This document shows positions 16,653 through 26,751 of a stretch of DNA of 64,000 nucleotides, one piece after another (position 1 is the stretch's first letter; each line of letters opens with the position of its first letter). A model generated the notes under the pieces. The model did not search any database. It was not told the origin of the DNA and worked only from the letters and a program-made list of their open reading frames with translations. Origin of the DNA: Gammaproteobacteria bacterium (GTDB lineage: Bacteria > Pseudomonadota > Gammaproteobacteria > Ga0077536). The stretch is from assembly GCA_016874535.1 (NCBI GenBank), contig VGUA01000004.1, forward strand, positions 249 to 64,248, written 5' to 3'. A program made the position numbers and the translations under genes.

Positions 16653-19169
16653 TCACGACCACTCGCGCAGGACCTGGGCCACGGGTTGGCGCCAGGCGCC
16701 AACCACCGCGCGCAGGCCTGCCAGCCACACGGCAAGCGTCCCGAGCCCGGCTCCCAGCAGCAAGGCCGCGCCATTGAAGTGATACTCCATGTTGAGTAGC
16801 CGCGTCGCCAGCCACCAAGCCCCAAGGCTGGCGGCAACGGTGCCGATGACGCCGGCAAGCACACCCAGGCTCGCAAACTCGAGGCTCGTCACCACGAGTA
16901 TGCGGTCCCGCGTGGCACCCAGGGTTTTCATCACCGTGACGTCATGGAGACGCTCGCCGTGGGTCGCCTCGACCGCGGCGAACACCACGACCACGCTCGC
17001 GGCGAGCGTGAAGAAGAACACGAATTCGATGGCGGAAAGCGCGCGGTCCATCACCCCGCGAACCTGGCGCAGGAGTGCCTGCACGTCGATCACCGTCACG
17101 CTGGGGTGGCGCGCACTGAGTTCCTTCAGGATGTCCTCGCGCGCCTCGGGCAACTTGAAGCTCGTGATATGGGTCGCGGGATAACCCTCCAGGAAAGCCG
17201 GGGGAGAGACCACGAAAAAATTGGCTTCCATGGTTTCCCAGTTCACGGCCCGCAGGCTGGTGACCTTGCCGGTCAGCAGGCGGTCGGCGATGCGGTAGCT
17301 CACCGTGTCGCCAAGTTCGATACCCAAGGTCCGCGCAATCTCGATTTCGAACGAGAACTGCGCAGGGCTCTCGCCTGCCTGCCAGAATTTCCCCGCAACC
17401 AGCCGATTGTCATGCTTCAGCTCATCCGCCGTGGAGAGATTGAATTCCCGGTCGGCCAGTCGCCGCGCCCGGGGATCGGTGAAATCCTCCGGCTGCACGG
17501 GTCGATCATTGATGGAAACGAGCCGGGCCCGGACCATGGGCCACACACCACCGAGGCGAATGCCTTCGCCGGTCAGAAATGCCTCGAGCGCCGCCACTTC
17601 CTCAGGTTCGATGTTGATGAGGAACTGATCGGGTGCGTCCTGGGGAAGGCTTTCGGTCCAGTTGGCAACCAGATCCGAGCGCACCAGTCCCAGCAGTGTG
17701 ATGGCAGCGAGGCTCATGCCGAGTGCGCAGATCTGCAGGCCGACCAGTCCGGACCTGCGCGTGAGATTGGTGAAACCGGTCAGCCACCAGGCCGTGCGAC
17801 GGCGCAGCCAGGCATCCAGCAGCCACAGGGCCGCCCGTCCGCAGCCGAACAGCAGCAAGAGGCAGGCGGAGAGTCCGCCCAGCGCCCACAGCGTGAGTTG
17901 CGTATCACCGGACTGCCAAGGGGCCAGGAGCCCGATGGCGGCCAGTGCCCCGCCTGCGATCATGCCGGGGCCTGGGCCGCGCCAGGGCAGATCCCGGCGC
18001 AGCACACGAGCCGGAGAAACCTCGCGCAGCGCGAGCAGTTGAGGCAATGCAAAGCCCATCAGCGCGAGTACTCCCGCCGCGACTCCCGACAGCGCGGGGC
18101 GCAGGGATCCCGCGGGCATTTCACCCTGGACCAGACCGGCGAGCGCGCGTGAGAGCCCGAACTCGAGTCCGCTGCCCACCGCCGCGCCCACCATCGACGC
18201 CAGCAGGCCGAGCAGCACCACCTGTGAGGTGTGCAGCCAGCCAAGCGTGCTACGCGTCGCGCCCAGGGTGCGCCAGATCGCGATGGTATCCACCTGCTCC
18301 CGCGCAAAGCTGTGGGCCGCGACCAGAATGGCGAGCCCGGCCAAGGTGGTGGCCACCAGCGCCGCAAGGCTCAGGAACTGCCGTGCGTGGTCGAGTGCCG
18401 AGCGAACTTCGGGTCTTGCCTCGTCCGGACTCACCACCCGGAAACCGTTCGGGCGGGCGAGCCGGCGCGCATGTTTGGCAAAGGCTTCAACGGCCGTGTC
18501 CGGGCCGGCGATGGAGAGCGTGTACTGCAGGCGGCTGCCGGGCAGGATCAGGCGGGTGGCAGTAAGGTCGGCGAGATTCATCATCACGCGAGGCGCGATT
18601 GAGAAGAGATCTCCGGCCCTGTCAGGTTCCAGCGCAAGCACGCCCGCAATGCGCAGCGTGGCCGCGCCGACCTTCAGCGTGTCGCCCACCTGCAGGGACA
18701 GCAATCCGAGCAGGCGCGATTCCACCCATACCTCGCCGGCGCCGGGACCAGCTTGCAGCGGACCGGGACGGGTGTCCCCGGGAAGGATGACCTGAACTTC
18801 GCCGCGCAGTGGGTAGGCGCCGTCCACGGCCTTCAGCTCCACCATCTGCAGGCCATCCGCGTGACTGACCATGCTGCGCATGTTGACCTGTTCGCTCACG
18901 CGCAGGCCGTTGGCGATGGCGCGTGCCTGCAAGTCCTCGGGCAGCGGTCTACTGGACTGGAGTGCGAGGTCTGCCGCGAGCAGGCTGCCGGCCTGCGCCG
19001 TCAGTGCCCGCTGTACCCGATCGGTGAACGTGCCCACCGCCGTCATCCCGGCCACCGCGATCACCAGTGCCACGGCCACGACCACGAGATGCGGATTGCG
19101 CATGTCGCGACGCAGGGCGCGTGCGCCAAGACGCAGCAAGCCCACGACGCCCGGGCTGCGGTCAGTCAT
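16653..19169 (-). CDS. ybbP: FtsX-like ABC transporter permease, duplicated (YbbP-like)
   Basis: 838 aa with two FtsX/MacB-type 4-TM modules and large periplasmic loops. It overlaps the ATPase gene by 8 nt. Confidence 0.8.
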   Translation of the reverse strand: MTDRSPGVVGLLRLGARALRRDMRNPHLVVVAVALVIAVAGMTAVGTFTDRVQRALTAQAGSLLAADLALQSSRPLPEDLQARAIANGLRVSEQVNMRSMVSHADGLQMVELKAVDGAYPLRGEVQVILPGDTRPGPLQAGPGAGEVWVESRLLGLLSLQVGDTLKVGAATLRIAGVLALEPDRAGDLFSIAPRVMMNLADLTATRLILPGSRLQYTLSIAGPDTAVEAFAKHARRLARPNGFRVVSPDEARPEVRSALDHARQFLSLAALVATTLAGLAILVAAHSFAREQVDTIAIWRTLGATRSTLGWLHTSQVVLLGLLASMVGAAVGSGLEFGLSRALAGLVQGEMPAGSLRPALSGVAAGVLALMGFALPQLLALREVSPARVLRRDLPWRGPGPGMIAGGALAAIGLLAPWQSGDTQLTLWALGGLSACLLLLFGCGRAALWLLDAWLRRRTAWWLTGFTNLTRRSGLVGLQICALGMSLAAITLLGLVRSDLVANWTESLPQDAPDQFLINIEPEEVAALEAFLTGEGIRLGGVWPMVRARLVSINDRPVQPEDFTDPRARRLADREFNLSTADELKHDNRLVAGKFWQAGESPAQFSFEIEIARTLGIELGDTVSYRIADRLLTGKVTSLRAVNWETMEANFFVVSPPAFLEGYPATHITSFKLPEAREDILKELSARHPSVTVIDVQALLRQVRGVMDRALSAIEFVFFFTLAASVVVVFAAVEATHGERLHDVTVMKTLGATRDRILVVTSLEFASLGVLAGVIGTVAASLGAWWLATRLLNMEYHFNGAALLLGAGLGTLAVWLAGLRAVVGAWRQPVAQVLREWS

Positions 19170-19848
19170 GAGCGGGAGACGGATGCTGGCGCCCGGCTTC
19201 CAGGGTCACGCGCATGGCGCAGCGTTGTGCGAGCCTTTCGTCGTGCGTGACCAGTATCAGCGTGGTCGCGTGTTCGCGGTTCAGTTCGAACATCAGATCC
19301 ATTACCTGCCCGGCGGTGCGCGTATCCAGATTGCCCGTGGGTTCGTCCGCGAACAGCACTTCCGGATTGGTGCAAAAAGCACGCGCCAGCGCCACGCGTT
19401 GCTGCTCACCGCCGGAGAGCTGGCGCGGGAGATGACCGGCGCGCGCCGCGAGCCCGACCCGCGCGAGTGCCGCACTGGCAACCTCCCGCGCCCCGGTGTG
19501 GCCGGCAAGCTCCAGTGGCAGCAGCACGTTTTCCAGCGCAGTCAGGGTGGCGAGCAGATGGAATTGCTGGAACACGAACCCGATGCGCTCATTGCGCAGT
19601 CGTGCCCGGGCGTCCTCATCCATGCGCGCAAGATCGTGTCCTCCGATGAGGCAGCGGCCGGCGCTTGGCACTTCGAGGCCGGCGAGCAGTCCCAGCAGCG
19701 TCGACTTGCCTGAGCCCGAGGCGCCCACGATGGCGCAGGTCGTGCCGCGTTCGACCGTGAAATTGATATCATCGAGGACTCGCAACAGGCCTTCGGGGCC
19801 GGCAAATTCCTTGCACAAGTGTTCGGCAATGACCAATCCGTCTGTCAT
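19162..19848 (-). CDS. ybbA: ABC transporter ATP-binding protein (YbbA/LolD-like)
   Basis: Walker A GASGSGKSTLL, signature LSGGEQQRVALARA, and Walker B LFADEPTGNLD. Confidence 0.9.
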   Translation of the reverse strand: MTDGLVIAEHLCKEFAGPEGLLRVLDDINFTVERGTTCAIVGASGSGKSTLLGLLAGLEVPSAGRCLIGGHDLARMDEDARARLRNERIGFVFQQFHLLATLTALENVLLPLELAGHTGAREVASAALARVGLAARAGHLPRQLSGGEQQRVALARAFCTNPEVLFADEPTGNLDTRTAGQVMDLMFELNREHATTLILVTHDERLAQRCAMRVTLEAGRQHPSPAHD

Positions 19849-20491
19849 GAAACTGCTTCTGTGTTGTGTGCTGTGGTGGGGTACGGCGAGCGCTGCGCTG
19901 GCCGCGCCGCCGGTGATCCTGATTCTTGGTGACAGTCTGAGTGCGGCTTATGGCATTGCGCCGGACACAGGTTGGGTGGCGCTGCTCGAGTCCCGGTTGC
20001 GCCAGCAAGGCTATCCACATCAGGTGGTAAACGCGAGCATCAGCGGTGAGACCACCAGCGGCGGCCGCCGCCGCCTGCCGGAGCTGCTGGCAGTGCATCG
20101 CCCCGCGCTGGTGGTGGTTGAGTTGGGTGCCAATGATGGCCTGCGCGGTTTCGACCTGGCCGAAATCAGCGACAACCTGCACGGCATGCTGACCGCCATA
20201 GACCGGACGGGCGCGCAGTCGCTGGTGGTGCGCATGGAGGTTCCGCCCAATTACGGGCCGGCGTATGCGCAGGGTTTCGCCGCGGTTTACGATAGGCTGG
20301 TGAAGCTGGAGCCACCTTTGGCCATGACACCTGTGCTCGCGCCTTTTTTCCTGGCCGAGGTGATTCTCGACCCGGAATTGATGCAATCCGATGGCTTGCA
20401 CCCCACGGCCCGCGCGCAGCCGCGTCTGCTGGATACCTTGTGGCCTGCCCTTGAACCCCTGATCGACAGTCATACGGCGGAGAGATCATGA
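19847..20491 (+). CDS. tesA: SGNH/GDSL arylesterase, acyl-CoA thioesterase I (TesA-like), secreted
   Basis: Signal peptide MKLLLCCVLWWGTASAALA, then ILGDSLSA (GDSL), NASISGETT, ELGANDGLRG and DGLHP blocks, colinear with E. coli TesA. Confidence 0.9.
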   Translation: MKLLLCCVLWWGTASAALAAPPVILILGDSLSAAYGIAPDTGWVALLESRLRQQGYPHQVVNASISGETTSGGRRRLPELLAVHRPALVVVELGANDGLRGFDLAEISDNLHGMLTAIDRTGAQSLVVRMEVPPNYGPAYAQGFAAVYDRLVKLEPPLAMTPVLAPFFLAEVILDPELMQSDGLHPTARAQPRLLDTLWPALEPLIDSHTAERS

Positions 20492-21063
20492 AATTCTGCA
20501 GTCAATGCGGCACCGACAACATCCGCTGGGAAGTCCCCGATGGCGACAACCGCCCGCGCCACATCTGCGGCGGATGCAACGAGATCCACTACCAGAATCC
20601 CAAGATCGTGGTGGGCTGCATTCCCGAGTGGGAGGACACCGTCCTGCTGTGCCGGCGCGCCATAGAGCCCCGCTACGGCTACTGGACCTTGCCTGCGGGC
20701 TTCATGGAAAACGATGAGACCACCTCCGAGGCGGCCGAGCGCGAAACCCTCGAGGAGGCCAATGCGCGGGTGGAACTGCTGGGCCTGTATACGGTGATGA
20801 ACATCCCCCACACGAATCAGGTGTACATGATGTTCCGCTCGCGACTGCTGGACCTGGAGTTTGGCCCGGGCACCGAGAGCCTGGAGGTCAAACTCTTCCG
20901 CGAGCATGAGATTCCGTGGCGCGAACTCGCCTTTCCCACCATCGTTCATACCCTGGAGCTCTATTTCGAAGAGCGCCGCAAGGCCCAGTTCGGGGTGCAT
21001 CTGGGAGACATCGTGCGCGAAAGTCATCGCGGCGTGTTCATTCCGCGCCGCCAGCGCGACTGA
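20488..21063 (+). CDS. NUDIX hydrolase with N-terminal zinc ribbon
   Basis: CSQCG..N..CGGC zinc ribbon. Nudix box GYWTLPAGFMENDETTSEAAERETLEEANA. ATGA overlap with the tesA stop. Confidence 0.85.
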   Translation: MKFCSQCGTDNIRWEVPDGDNRPRHICGGCNEIHYQNPKIVVGCIPEWEDTVLLCRRAIEPRYGYWTLPAGFMENDETTSEAAERETLEEANARVELLGLYTVMNIPHTNQVYMMFRSRLLDLEFGPGTESLEVKLFREHEIPWRELAFPTIVHTLELYFEERRKAQFGVHLGDIVRESHRGVFIPRRQRD

Positions 21064-21090
21064 TGCCAGTCGTCCAACCGGAGTCCGCCC

Positions 21091-21435
21091 ATGACCGATA
21101 AAACCCTGTTCGAACGCATCATTGCCCGCGAGATCCCTGCCACCATCCTGTACGAGGATGATCGTTGCATCGCCTTCAAGGACATCAATCCCCAAGCGCC
21201 ATTCCATGCGCTGATTGTGCCTATCAAGCCGATCTCGAGATTGGGGGAGGCGGCGCCGACGGACGGTGCGCTGATGGGACATCTCATGCTGACCGCGGCA
21301 CGCGTGGCGCGCGAGGCAGGTCATGGCGAGAATTTCAGACTGGCCCTCAACAACGGTGCCGGTGCAGGGCAGACGGTCTTTCATCTGCACATTCACGTTT
21401 TGGCTGGTCGGCCTTTCTCCTGGCCGCCCGGCTGA
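21091..21435 (+). CDS. hinT: histidine triad (HIT) nucleotide-binding protein
   Basis: IPATILYEDDRCIAFKDINPQAPFHALIVP and the HLHIHVL histidine triad. Confidence 0.9.
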   Translation: MTDKTLFERIIAREIPATILYEDDRCIAFKDINPQAPFHALIVPIKPISRLGEAAPTDGALMGHLMLTAARVAREAGHGENFRLALNNGAGAGQTVFHLHIHVLAGRPFSWPPG

Positions 21436-21456
21436 AGCCGGGCTGAGGGAAGGCTG

Positions 21457-21482
21457 GTCGCGCCGCCGGACTGCGGCGCGAC
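21457..21482. terminator. perfect 10-bp GC hairpin between convergent hinT and rho (possible bidirectional terminator, no U-tract)
   Basis: GTCGCGCCGC-cggact-GCGGCGCGAC. Confidence 0.4.
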
Positions 21483-21497
21483 GGGCGCGGGTCGCGC

Positions 21498-22757
21498 CTA
21501 GGAACGCTTCATCGAATCGAAGAATTCGCCGTTGTTCTTGGTCGCCTTGAGGCGCTCGAGCAGGAATTCCATCGCCGCGATTTCTTCCATTGGATGCAGC
21601 AGCTTGCGCAGGATCCACATCTTCTGCAGCTCATCCGGATGGGTGAGCAACTCTTCGCGACGGGTGCCGGAACGATTGATGTTGACCGCCGGAAAGATGC
21701 GCTTTTCCGCAATCTTGCGGTCGAGGTGCACTTCCATGTTGCCGGTGCCCTTGAACTCCTCATAGATGACGTCATCCATGCGGGAGCCGGTATCGATGAG
21801 CGCGGTGGCGATGATGGTCAGGCTGCCGCCTTCCTCGATGTTGCGGGCGGCGCCGAAGAAGCGCTTGGGCCGCTGCAGGGCATTGGCATCCACACCACCG
21901 GTGAGCACCTTGCCCGAGGCCGGCACCACGGTGTTGTAGGCGCGGGCGAGACGGGTGACGGAATCCAGCAGAATCACCACGTCGCGCTTGTGCTCGACCA
22001 GACGCTTGGCCTTGTCGATCACCATTTCTGCAACCTGGACATGGCGGCTGGCCGGCTCGTCAAAGGTGCTGGAGATGACTTCCCCGCGCACGGTGCGCTG
22101 CATTTCCGTGACTTCCTCAGGGCGCTCATCGATGAGCAACACGATGAGGTAGCACTCGGGATGGTTGGCCGCCACCGACTGGGCGATGCTCGACAGGAGC
22201 ATGGTCTTGCCGGCCTTGGGCGGCGAGATGATGAGGCCGCGCTGGCCTTTGCCGATGGGAGCCACAAGATCGATCACGCGGGGAGCCAGATCCTCGCGGC
22301 TGCCATTGCCGAGCTCCAGGTTCAGTCGCTTCTGGGCGAACAGTGGCGTGAGATTCTCGAACAGGACCTTGTTCTTGGTGTTCTCCGGCGGCTCGAAATT
22401 GATGTCGTTGACCTTGAGCAGCGCGAAGTAACGCTCGCCATCCTTGGGTGGCCGGATCTTGCCGGAGATGGTGTCCCCGGTGCGCAGGTTGAAGCGGCGG
22501 ATCTGGCTGGGTGAGACGTAGATGTCGTCCGGTCCGGCGAGATACGAACTGTCACCAGAGCGCAGGAAACCAAAGCCGTCCTGCAGAATCTCGAGTACCC
22601 CGTCCCCCGAGATATCCTCGCCCTTCTTCGCATGTCCCTTCAGGATGCCGAAGATGACGTCCTGCTTGCGGGAGCGGGCGACACCTTCCAAGCCCATTTC
22701 GTCGGCAATCGCGATCAGTTCCGAGGCCGGTTTGCGTTTGAGTTCGGTGAGATTCAT
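21498..22757 (-). CDS. rho: transcription termination factor Rho
   Basis: 419 aa. [25 protein letters not shown], the cold-shock-like RNA-binding domain ([14 protein letters not shown]), Walker A PPKAGKT, and a RecA-type core. Confidence 0.97.
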   Translation of the reverse strand: MNLTELKRKPASELIAIADEMGLEGVARSRKQDVIFGILKGHAKKGEDISGDGVLEILQDGFGFLRSGDSSYLAGPDDIYVSPSQIRRFNLRTGDTISGKIRPPKDGERYFALLKVNDINFEPPENTKNKVLFENLTPLFAQKRLNLELGNGSREDLAPRVIDLVAPIGKGQRGLIISPPKAGKTMLLSSIAQSVAANHPECYLIVLLIDERPEEVTEMQRTVRGEVISSTFDEPASRHVQVAEMVIDKAKRLVEHKRDVVILLDSVTRLARAYNTVVPASGKVLTGGVDANALQRPKRFFGAARNIEEGGSLTIIATALIDTGSRMDDVIYEEFKGTGNMEVHLDRKIAEKRIFPAVNINRSGTRREELLTHPDELQKMWILRKLLHPMEEIAAMEFLLERLKATKNNGEFFDSMKRS

Positions 22758-22941
22758 CGTGGTGGAGGCTGCTGTTGGGTTGGACGCCCGCGCGGGAACC
22801 GCGGCAGGGTTCGGAGGTGGACTACAGGGGTGGAGTAGAAAGGGCCCAGACGGGCGCGTTCGAGTACTTGAGCCCGGACCTTAGCACGCACCCTGTGCTC
22901 AGTCCATACACCCGCAGCCCCGGGCTGCGGGGCCGGAATAT

Positions 22942-23271
22942 TCAGATGTGGCTGTCGATGAAGGCCGTCAACTGCGACTTGGTCAGCGCACCCACGTGGG
23001 TGGCAATCACACCACCGTCCTTGAACAGCATGAGAGTGGGCACGCCACGGATGCCGTACTTGGTGGAAGTTGCCTGGTTGCTGTCCACATCGAGTTTGGC
23101 GATGGTCAGGCGGGCCTGATATTCGTTGGAGACTTCATCCAGGATCGGCGCGATCATCCGGCAGGGTCCGCACCACTCCGCCCAGTAATCCACGAGCACA
23201 GGCTTGTCGGATTTGAGGACGTCGCCTTCGAACGAGGCGTCGGTGACGTAGACAATATGCTGGCTGCTCAT
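22942..23271 (-). CDS. trxA: thioredoxin
   Basis: 109 aa. [22 protein letters not shown] and [14 protein letters not shown]. trxA upstream of rho, as in E. coli. Confidence 0.95.
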   Translation of the reverse strand: MSSQHIVYVTDASFEGDVLKSDKPVLVDYWAEWCGPCRMIAPILDEVSNEYQARLTIAKLDVDSNQATSTKYGIRGVPTLMLFKDGGVIATHVGALTKSQLTAFIDSHI

Positions 23272-23394
23272 GGGGTGCGGATGGCTCCGAGGGAAAAGGG
23301 TGGTCGATTTTCGACCGATTGCCGCGGCGATTGCAAGCGCACAACCGGCGCGCGCAGCGACAAGGGCAGGGTGTTTGCGCTAGGCTTGCGGCGC

Positions 23395-23529
23395 ATGCGT
23401 ACCGTCAAACCAATGTTCATCTTCGTCCTCCTCCTGGCGTTCACCGCGGGGGGCCTCGCTGCCTGTGGTCAAAAGGGTGATCTGTACCTGCCCGGCAAGC
23501 CTGACAGGCAGCAAGACCAGCAGCGCTGA
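23395..23529 (+). CDS. lptM: small lipoprotein LptM/YifL-like
   Basis: Lipobox LAAC followed by GQKGDLYLP (family hallmark C-G-x-K-G-x-L-Y-x-P). It lies immediately upstream of a DAP-pathway gene. An alternative ATG is at 23413. Confidence 0.65.
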   Translation: MRTVKPMFIFVLLLAFTAGGLAACGQKGDLYLPGKPDRQQDQQR

Positions 23530-23546
23530 TCCTGGGACGTCCAACC

Positions 23547-24788
23547 ATGGCATTTCATCGCGCACACGGCCGGCTGATGGTCGAGGCCGTTCCTCTCTCT
23601 GACATCGCCGACAGATTCGGGACGCCTTGCTATGTCTATTCCCGCGCCAGACTGGAAGCCAACTGGCATGCCTACGATGCGGCGTTCGGAACCCGTGCGC
23701 ATCGCATCCATTACGCCGTCAAGGCCAACGGCAATCTCGCACTCCTCAATCTGCTGGCGCGGCTTGGATCCGGCTTCGATATCGTGTCGGGCGGAGAGCT
23801 GGCCCGTGTGCTGGCGGCGGGTGCCAGGGGGGCGGATCTGGTGTTCTCCGGGGTCGGCAAGTCGCGCAATGAACTCAAGGATGCGCTGCTCGCAGGTGTG
23901 GGCTGCATCAACGTGGAGTCGGCTGCGGAACTTTCGCGGCTCGCCGGCATAGCGGCAGAACTAGGCGTGGAGGCACCCGTTGCGTTCCGCATCAACCCTG
24001 ATGTGGATCCGGGCACCCACCCATACATCTCCACCGGCCTGGAGCAGAACAAGTTCGGCATTCCGATGCGTGATGCGCCGGCGCTCTACCGTCAGGCCGC
24101 TGAACTGCCCGGCATCAAAGTCAAGGGGATCGCCTGCCACATTGGCTCGCAGCTCACCGACCTCTCGCCCATCGCCGACACCGTGGCCGGGGTGCTGGCG
24201 CTTGCGGCCGAGCTCGAAGCCATGGGAATCACGCTCGAGCATCTGGACCTCGGCGGCGGACTCGGCATCCGCTACCGGGACGAAGAACCCCCTGCCCACG
24301 CGGACTATGTGCGCGTGCTGTCCGCCATCCCGGAGCGTTACGAGATACATATCGAACCTGGCCGATCCATCGTGGGAGATGCCGGGGTGCTGCTGACCCG
24401 GGTTGAATACCTGAAGCAGACCCCGACGCGGCATTTCGCCATCTGTGATGCGGCCATGACGGAGTTGATCCGTCCGGCGCTCTACGAGGCATGGCATGGG
24501 GTGGAACTGCTGGAGGCACCGGCCGCTTCGGCAGTCGCAGCCTGTTACGACCTCGTGGGTCCGGTCTGCGAAAGCGCGGACTTCCTCGCCCATGAGCGCG
24601 AATTGTCCCTGACACCCGGCGCCTGCTTGGCGCTCATGAATGCGGGGGCCTACGGTTTCGTGATGGCGTCCAACTACAACACCCGCCCCCGCCCCCCGGA
24701 AGTCCTCGTGGACGGGGACACCCTGCACGAGATTCGTCCCCGGGAACGCCTGACCGATCTGTTCGGTACGGAGCGACAACTGCCCTGA
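23547..24788 (+). CDS. lysA: diaminopimelate decarboxylase
   Basis: 413 aa. FGTPCYVYS, HYAVKANGNLALLNLL (PLP lysine), GGGLGIRY and CESADFL motifs. Confidence 0.93.
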   Translation: MAFHRAHGRLMVEAVPLSDIADRFGTPCYVYSRARLEANWHAYDAAFGTRAHRIHYAVKANGNLALLNLLARLGSGFDIVSGGELARVLAAGARGADLVFSGVGKSRNELKDALLAGVGCINVESAAELSRLAGIAAELGVEAPVAFRINPDVDPGTHPYISTGLEQNKFGIPMRDAPALYRQAAELPGIKVKGIACHIGSQLTDLSPIADTVAGVLALAAELEAMGITLEHLDLGGGLGIRYRDEEPPAHADYVRVLSAIPERYEIHIEPGRSIVGDAGVLLTRVEYLKQTPTRHFAICDAAMTELIRPALYEAWHGVELLEAPAASAVAACYDLVGPVCESADFLAHERELSLTPGACLALMNAGAYGFVMASNYNTRPRPPEVLVDGDTLHEIRPRERLTDLFGTERQLP

Positions 24789-24831
24789 GCGCTTTCGGGG
24801 CGTGGCCCCGAGTGCCGCACCCTTCTGAGGC

Positions 24832-24857
24832 GCAGGCGGCGCAAACGCTGCTTTTTT
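24832..24857 (+). terminator. putative intrinsic terminator after lysA
   Basis: GCAG(g)CG..CGCTGC bulged stem followed by TTTTTT (24852-24857). A second hairpin, CGGGGCgtgGCCCCG, lies at 24796-24810. Confidence 0.55.
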
Positions 24858-24942
24858 GTGCGAACAAATTCAATCTCGCTCGATTTTGGGGCATATAATG
24901 CCGCGCCCCGTGGGTGGGGCCTCTGGATCAAGGGGATAGCGC

Positions 24943-24958
24943 TGGCATGTATCGTGCT
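24943..24958 (+). promoter_or_regulatory. sigma54 (-24/-12) promoter upstream of glnA
   Basis: TGGCATgtatcGTGCT versus the consensus TGGCAC-N5-TTGCW, with GG and GC at the canonical 10-nt spacing. An upstream TATAAT (24894-24899) could be a sigma70 glnAp1-like -10. Confidence 0.7.
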
Positions 24959-25142
24959 CAGTAAATCTTGCCCACGGGATGGCCGGGTCATCAGCGAGTC
25001 GGCCGGGCCGAGTTGCTGCAGGCTCTCCCGGGCCACACCGCCCGCGGGGTGGGCCGACCTTGTGCGTACCGGGTCGTTTCTCCCGTGTACGAGCCACCCA
25101 GCAGAATTCAGATTCAACAAGAGGCGATCCAGGAGTTAGCAA

Positions 25143-26552
25143 ATGTCAGTCGAAAACGTGTTGAAGCTCATCAAAGACGAGGAGGTCCGCTACGTCGACC
25201 TTCGCTTCACCGACACCAAGGGCAAGGATCAGCATGTCACCATTCCGCACCATCAGATGGACGCTGACATGTTCGAGGACGGAAAGATGTTCGATGGCTC
25301 GTCCATCTCCGGCTGGAAGGGGATTCACGAGTCGGACATGATCCTGATGCCCGATGCGACCACTGCGGTGATGGATCCGTTCTTCGAAGAGAAGACCCTG
25401 ATCATCCGCTGCGACATCGTGGAACCTTCCACCGGTCAGGGCTACGGCCGTGACCCCCGCTCCATCGCCAAGCGGGCAGAGGACTACCTGAAGGCTTCCG
25501 GCGTGGGCGATACCGCCTACTTCGGCCCGGAACCCGAATTCTTCATTTTCGACGACGTACGCTGGTCGCAGGAGATGCGCGGCGGCTTCTACGAGATTGA
25601 TTCCACCGAGGGCTACTGGGCCTCCAAGAAGCAGATGGAAGGCGGTAACCCGGGTCATCGTCCGGGCATCAAGGGCGGATATTTCCCGGTTCCTCCGGTC
25701 GATTCCTCGCAGGACCTACGTTCGGAAATGTGCACGGTGCTGGAACAGATGGGCATTCCCGTGGAAGTGCACCATCACGAGGTCGCGACTGCCGGCCAGT
25801 GTGAAATCGGCACCCGTTTCGACACCCTGGTGAAACGTGCCGACTCCACGCAGATCATGAAATATGTGATTCACAACGTGGCTCGCAATTACGGCAAGAC
25901 CGTGACCTTCATGCCCAAGCCGCTGGTCGGCGACAACGGCAGCGGCATGCATGTGCACCAGTCAATCGCCAAGGGTGGCCAGAACCTGTTTGCGGGTGAT
26001 CGCTACGGCGGGCTGTCTGACACCGCGCTGTACTACATCGGCGGCATCATCAAGCACGCCCGGGCTATCAACGCCTTCACCAATTCGTCCACCAACAGCT
26101 ACAAGCGTCTGGTGCCGGGTTTCGAAGCGCCCATCATGCTGGCGTATTCCGCCCGCAACCGTTCGGCCTCGATCCGCATTCCGTGGGTGTCAAATCCGCG
26201 CGGCCGGCGTATCGAAGTCCGCTTCCCGGACGCTGCTTCCAACCCTTATCTCGCGTTCGCGGCGATGATGATGGCGGGCCTGGACGGCATCAAGAACAAG
26301 ATCGATTCGGGTCCTGCGATGGACAAGGATCTCTACGATCTGGAACCGGAAGAGGCGAAGCACATCCCGACGGTCTGCCATTCGCTGGACATGGCGCTCG
26401 ATTACCTCGACAGGGATCGCGAGTTCCTGACGGCTGGCGGTGTGTTCACTGACGACATGATCGACGCCTATATCGAACTCAAGATGGCCGACGTCACGCG
26501 CTTCCGGATGACGCCGCACCCGATCGAGTTCGACATGTACTACAGCTGTTGA
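25143..26552 (+). CDS. glnA: glutamine synthetase type I
   Basis: 469 aa. [37 protein letters not shown], and adenylylation-site context ...[11 protein letters not shown]. Confidence 0.97.
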   Translation: MSVENVLKLIKDEEVRYVDLRFTDTKGKDQHVTIPHHQMDADMFEDGKMFDGSSISGWKGIHESDMILMPDATTAVMDPFFEEKTLIIRCDIVEPSTGQGYGRDPRSIAKRAEDYLKASGVGDTAYFGPEPEFFIFDDVRWSQEMRGGFYEIDSTEGYWASKKQMEGGNPGHRPGIKGGYFPVPPVDSSQDLRSEMCTVLEQMGIPVEVHHHEVATAGQCEIGTRFDTLVKRADSTQIMKYVIHNVARNYGKTVTFMPKPLVGDNGSGMHVHQSIAKGGQNLFAGDRYGGLSDTALYYIGGIIKHARAINAFTNSSTNSYKRLVPGFEAPIMLAYSARNRSASIRIPWVSNPRGRRIEVRFPDAASNPYLAFAAMMMAGLDGIKNKIDSGPAMDKDLYDLEPEEAKHIPTVCHSLDMALDYLDRDREFLTAGGVFTDDMIDAYIELKMADVTRFRMTPHPIEFDMYYSC

Positions 26553-26576
26553 TCCGGACCTCGCTTCATGAGGCAG

Positions 26577-26604
26577 GACAAGCCCCCGGAAACGGGGGCT
26601 TGTC
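26577..26604 (+). terminator. intrinsic terminator/attenuator between glnA and ntrB
   Basis: GACAAGCCCCCG-gaaa-CGGGGGCTTGTC perfect 12-bp stem followed by GTTTGGG. Confidence 0.7.
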
Positions 26605-26751
26605 GTTTGGGAGACAGCGCGGCGCTGCGGCGGCTCGGCGACGGCTGTTTGCGCTGTCGATGATCTGGTCTGGATCCTGCATCGTGAAAAAGCAGGTATT
26701 CAATTGGAGGAACGGGCGCCGGTGTGCTCCGCGCACCGCACCGCTGGAAAC

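Noticed and set aside
20488-21435. TesA-NUDIX-HIT as a possible nucleotide-signalling or defence cassette.
   Set aside because: All three are ordinary housekeeping families in a conserved core context (the ybbAP/tesA neighbourhood, next to rho-trxA). There is no sensor, effector, nuclease, TIR/SIR2, or membrane-disrupting partner.
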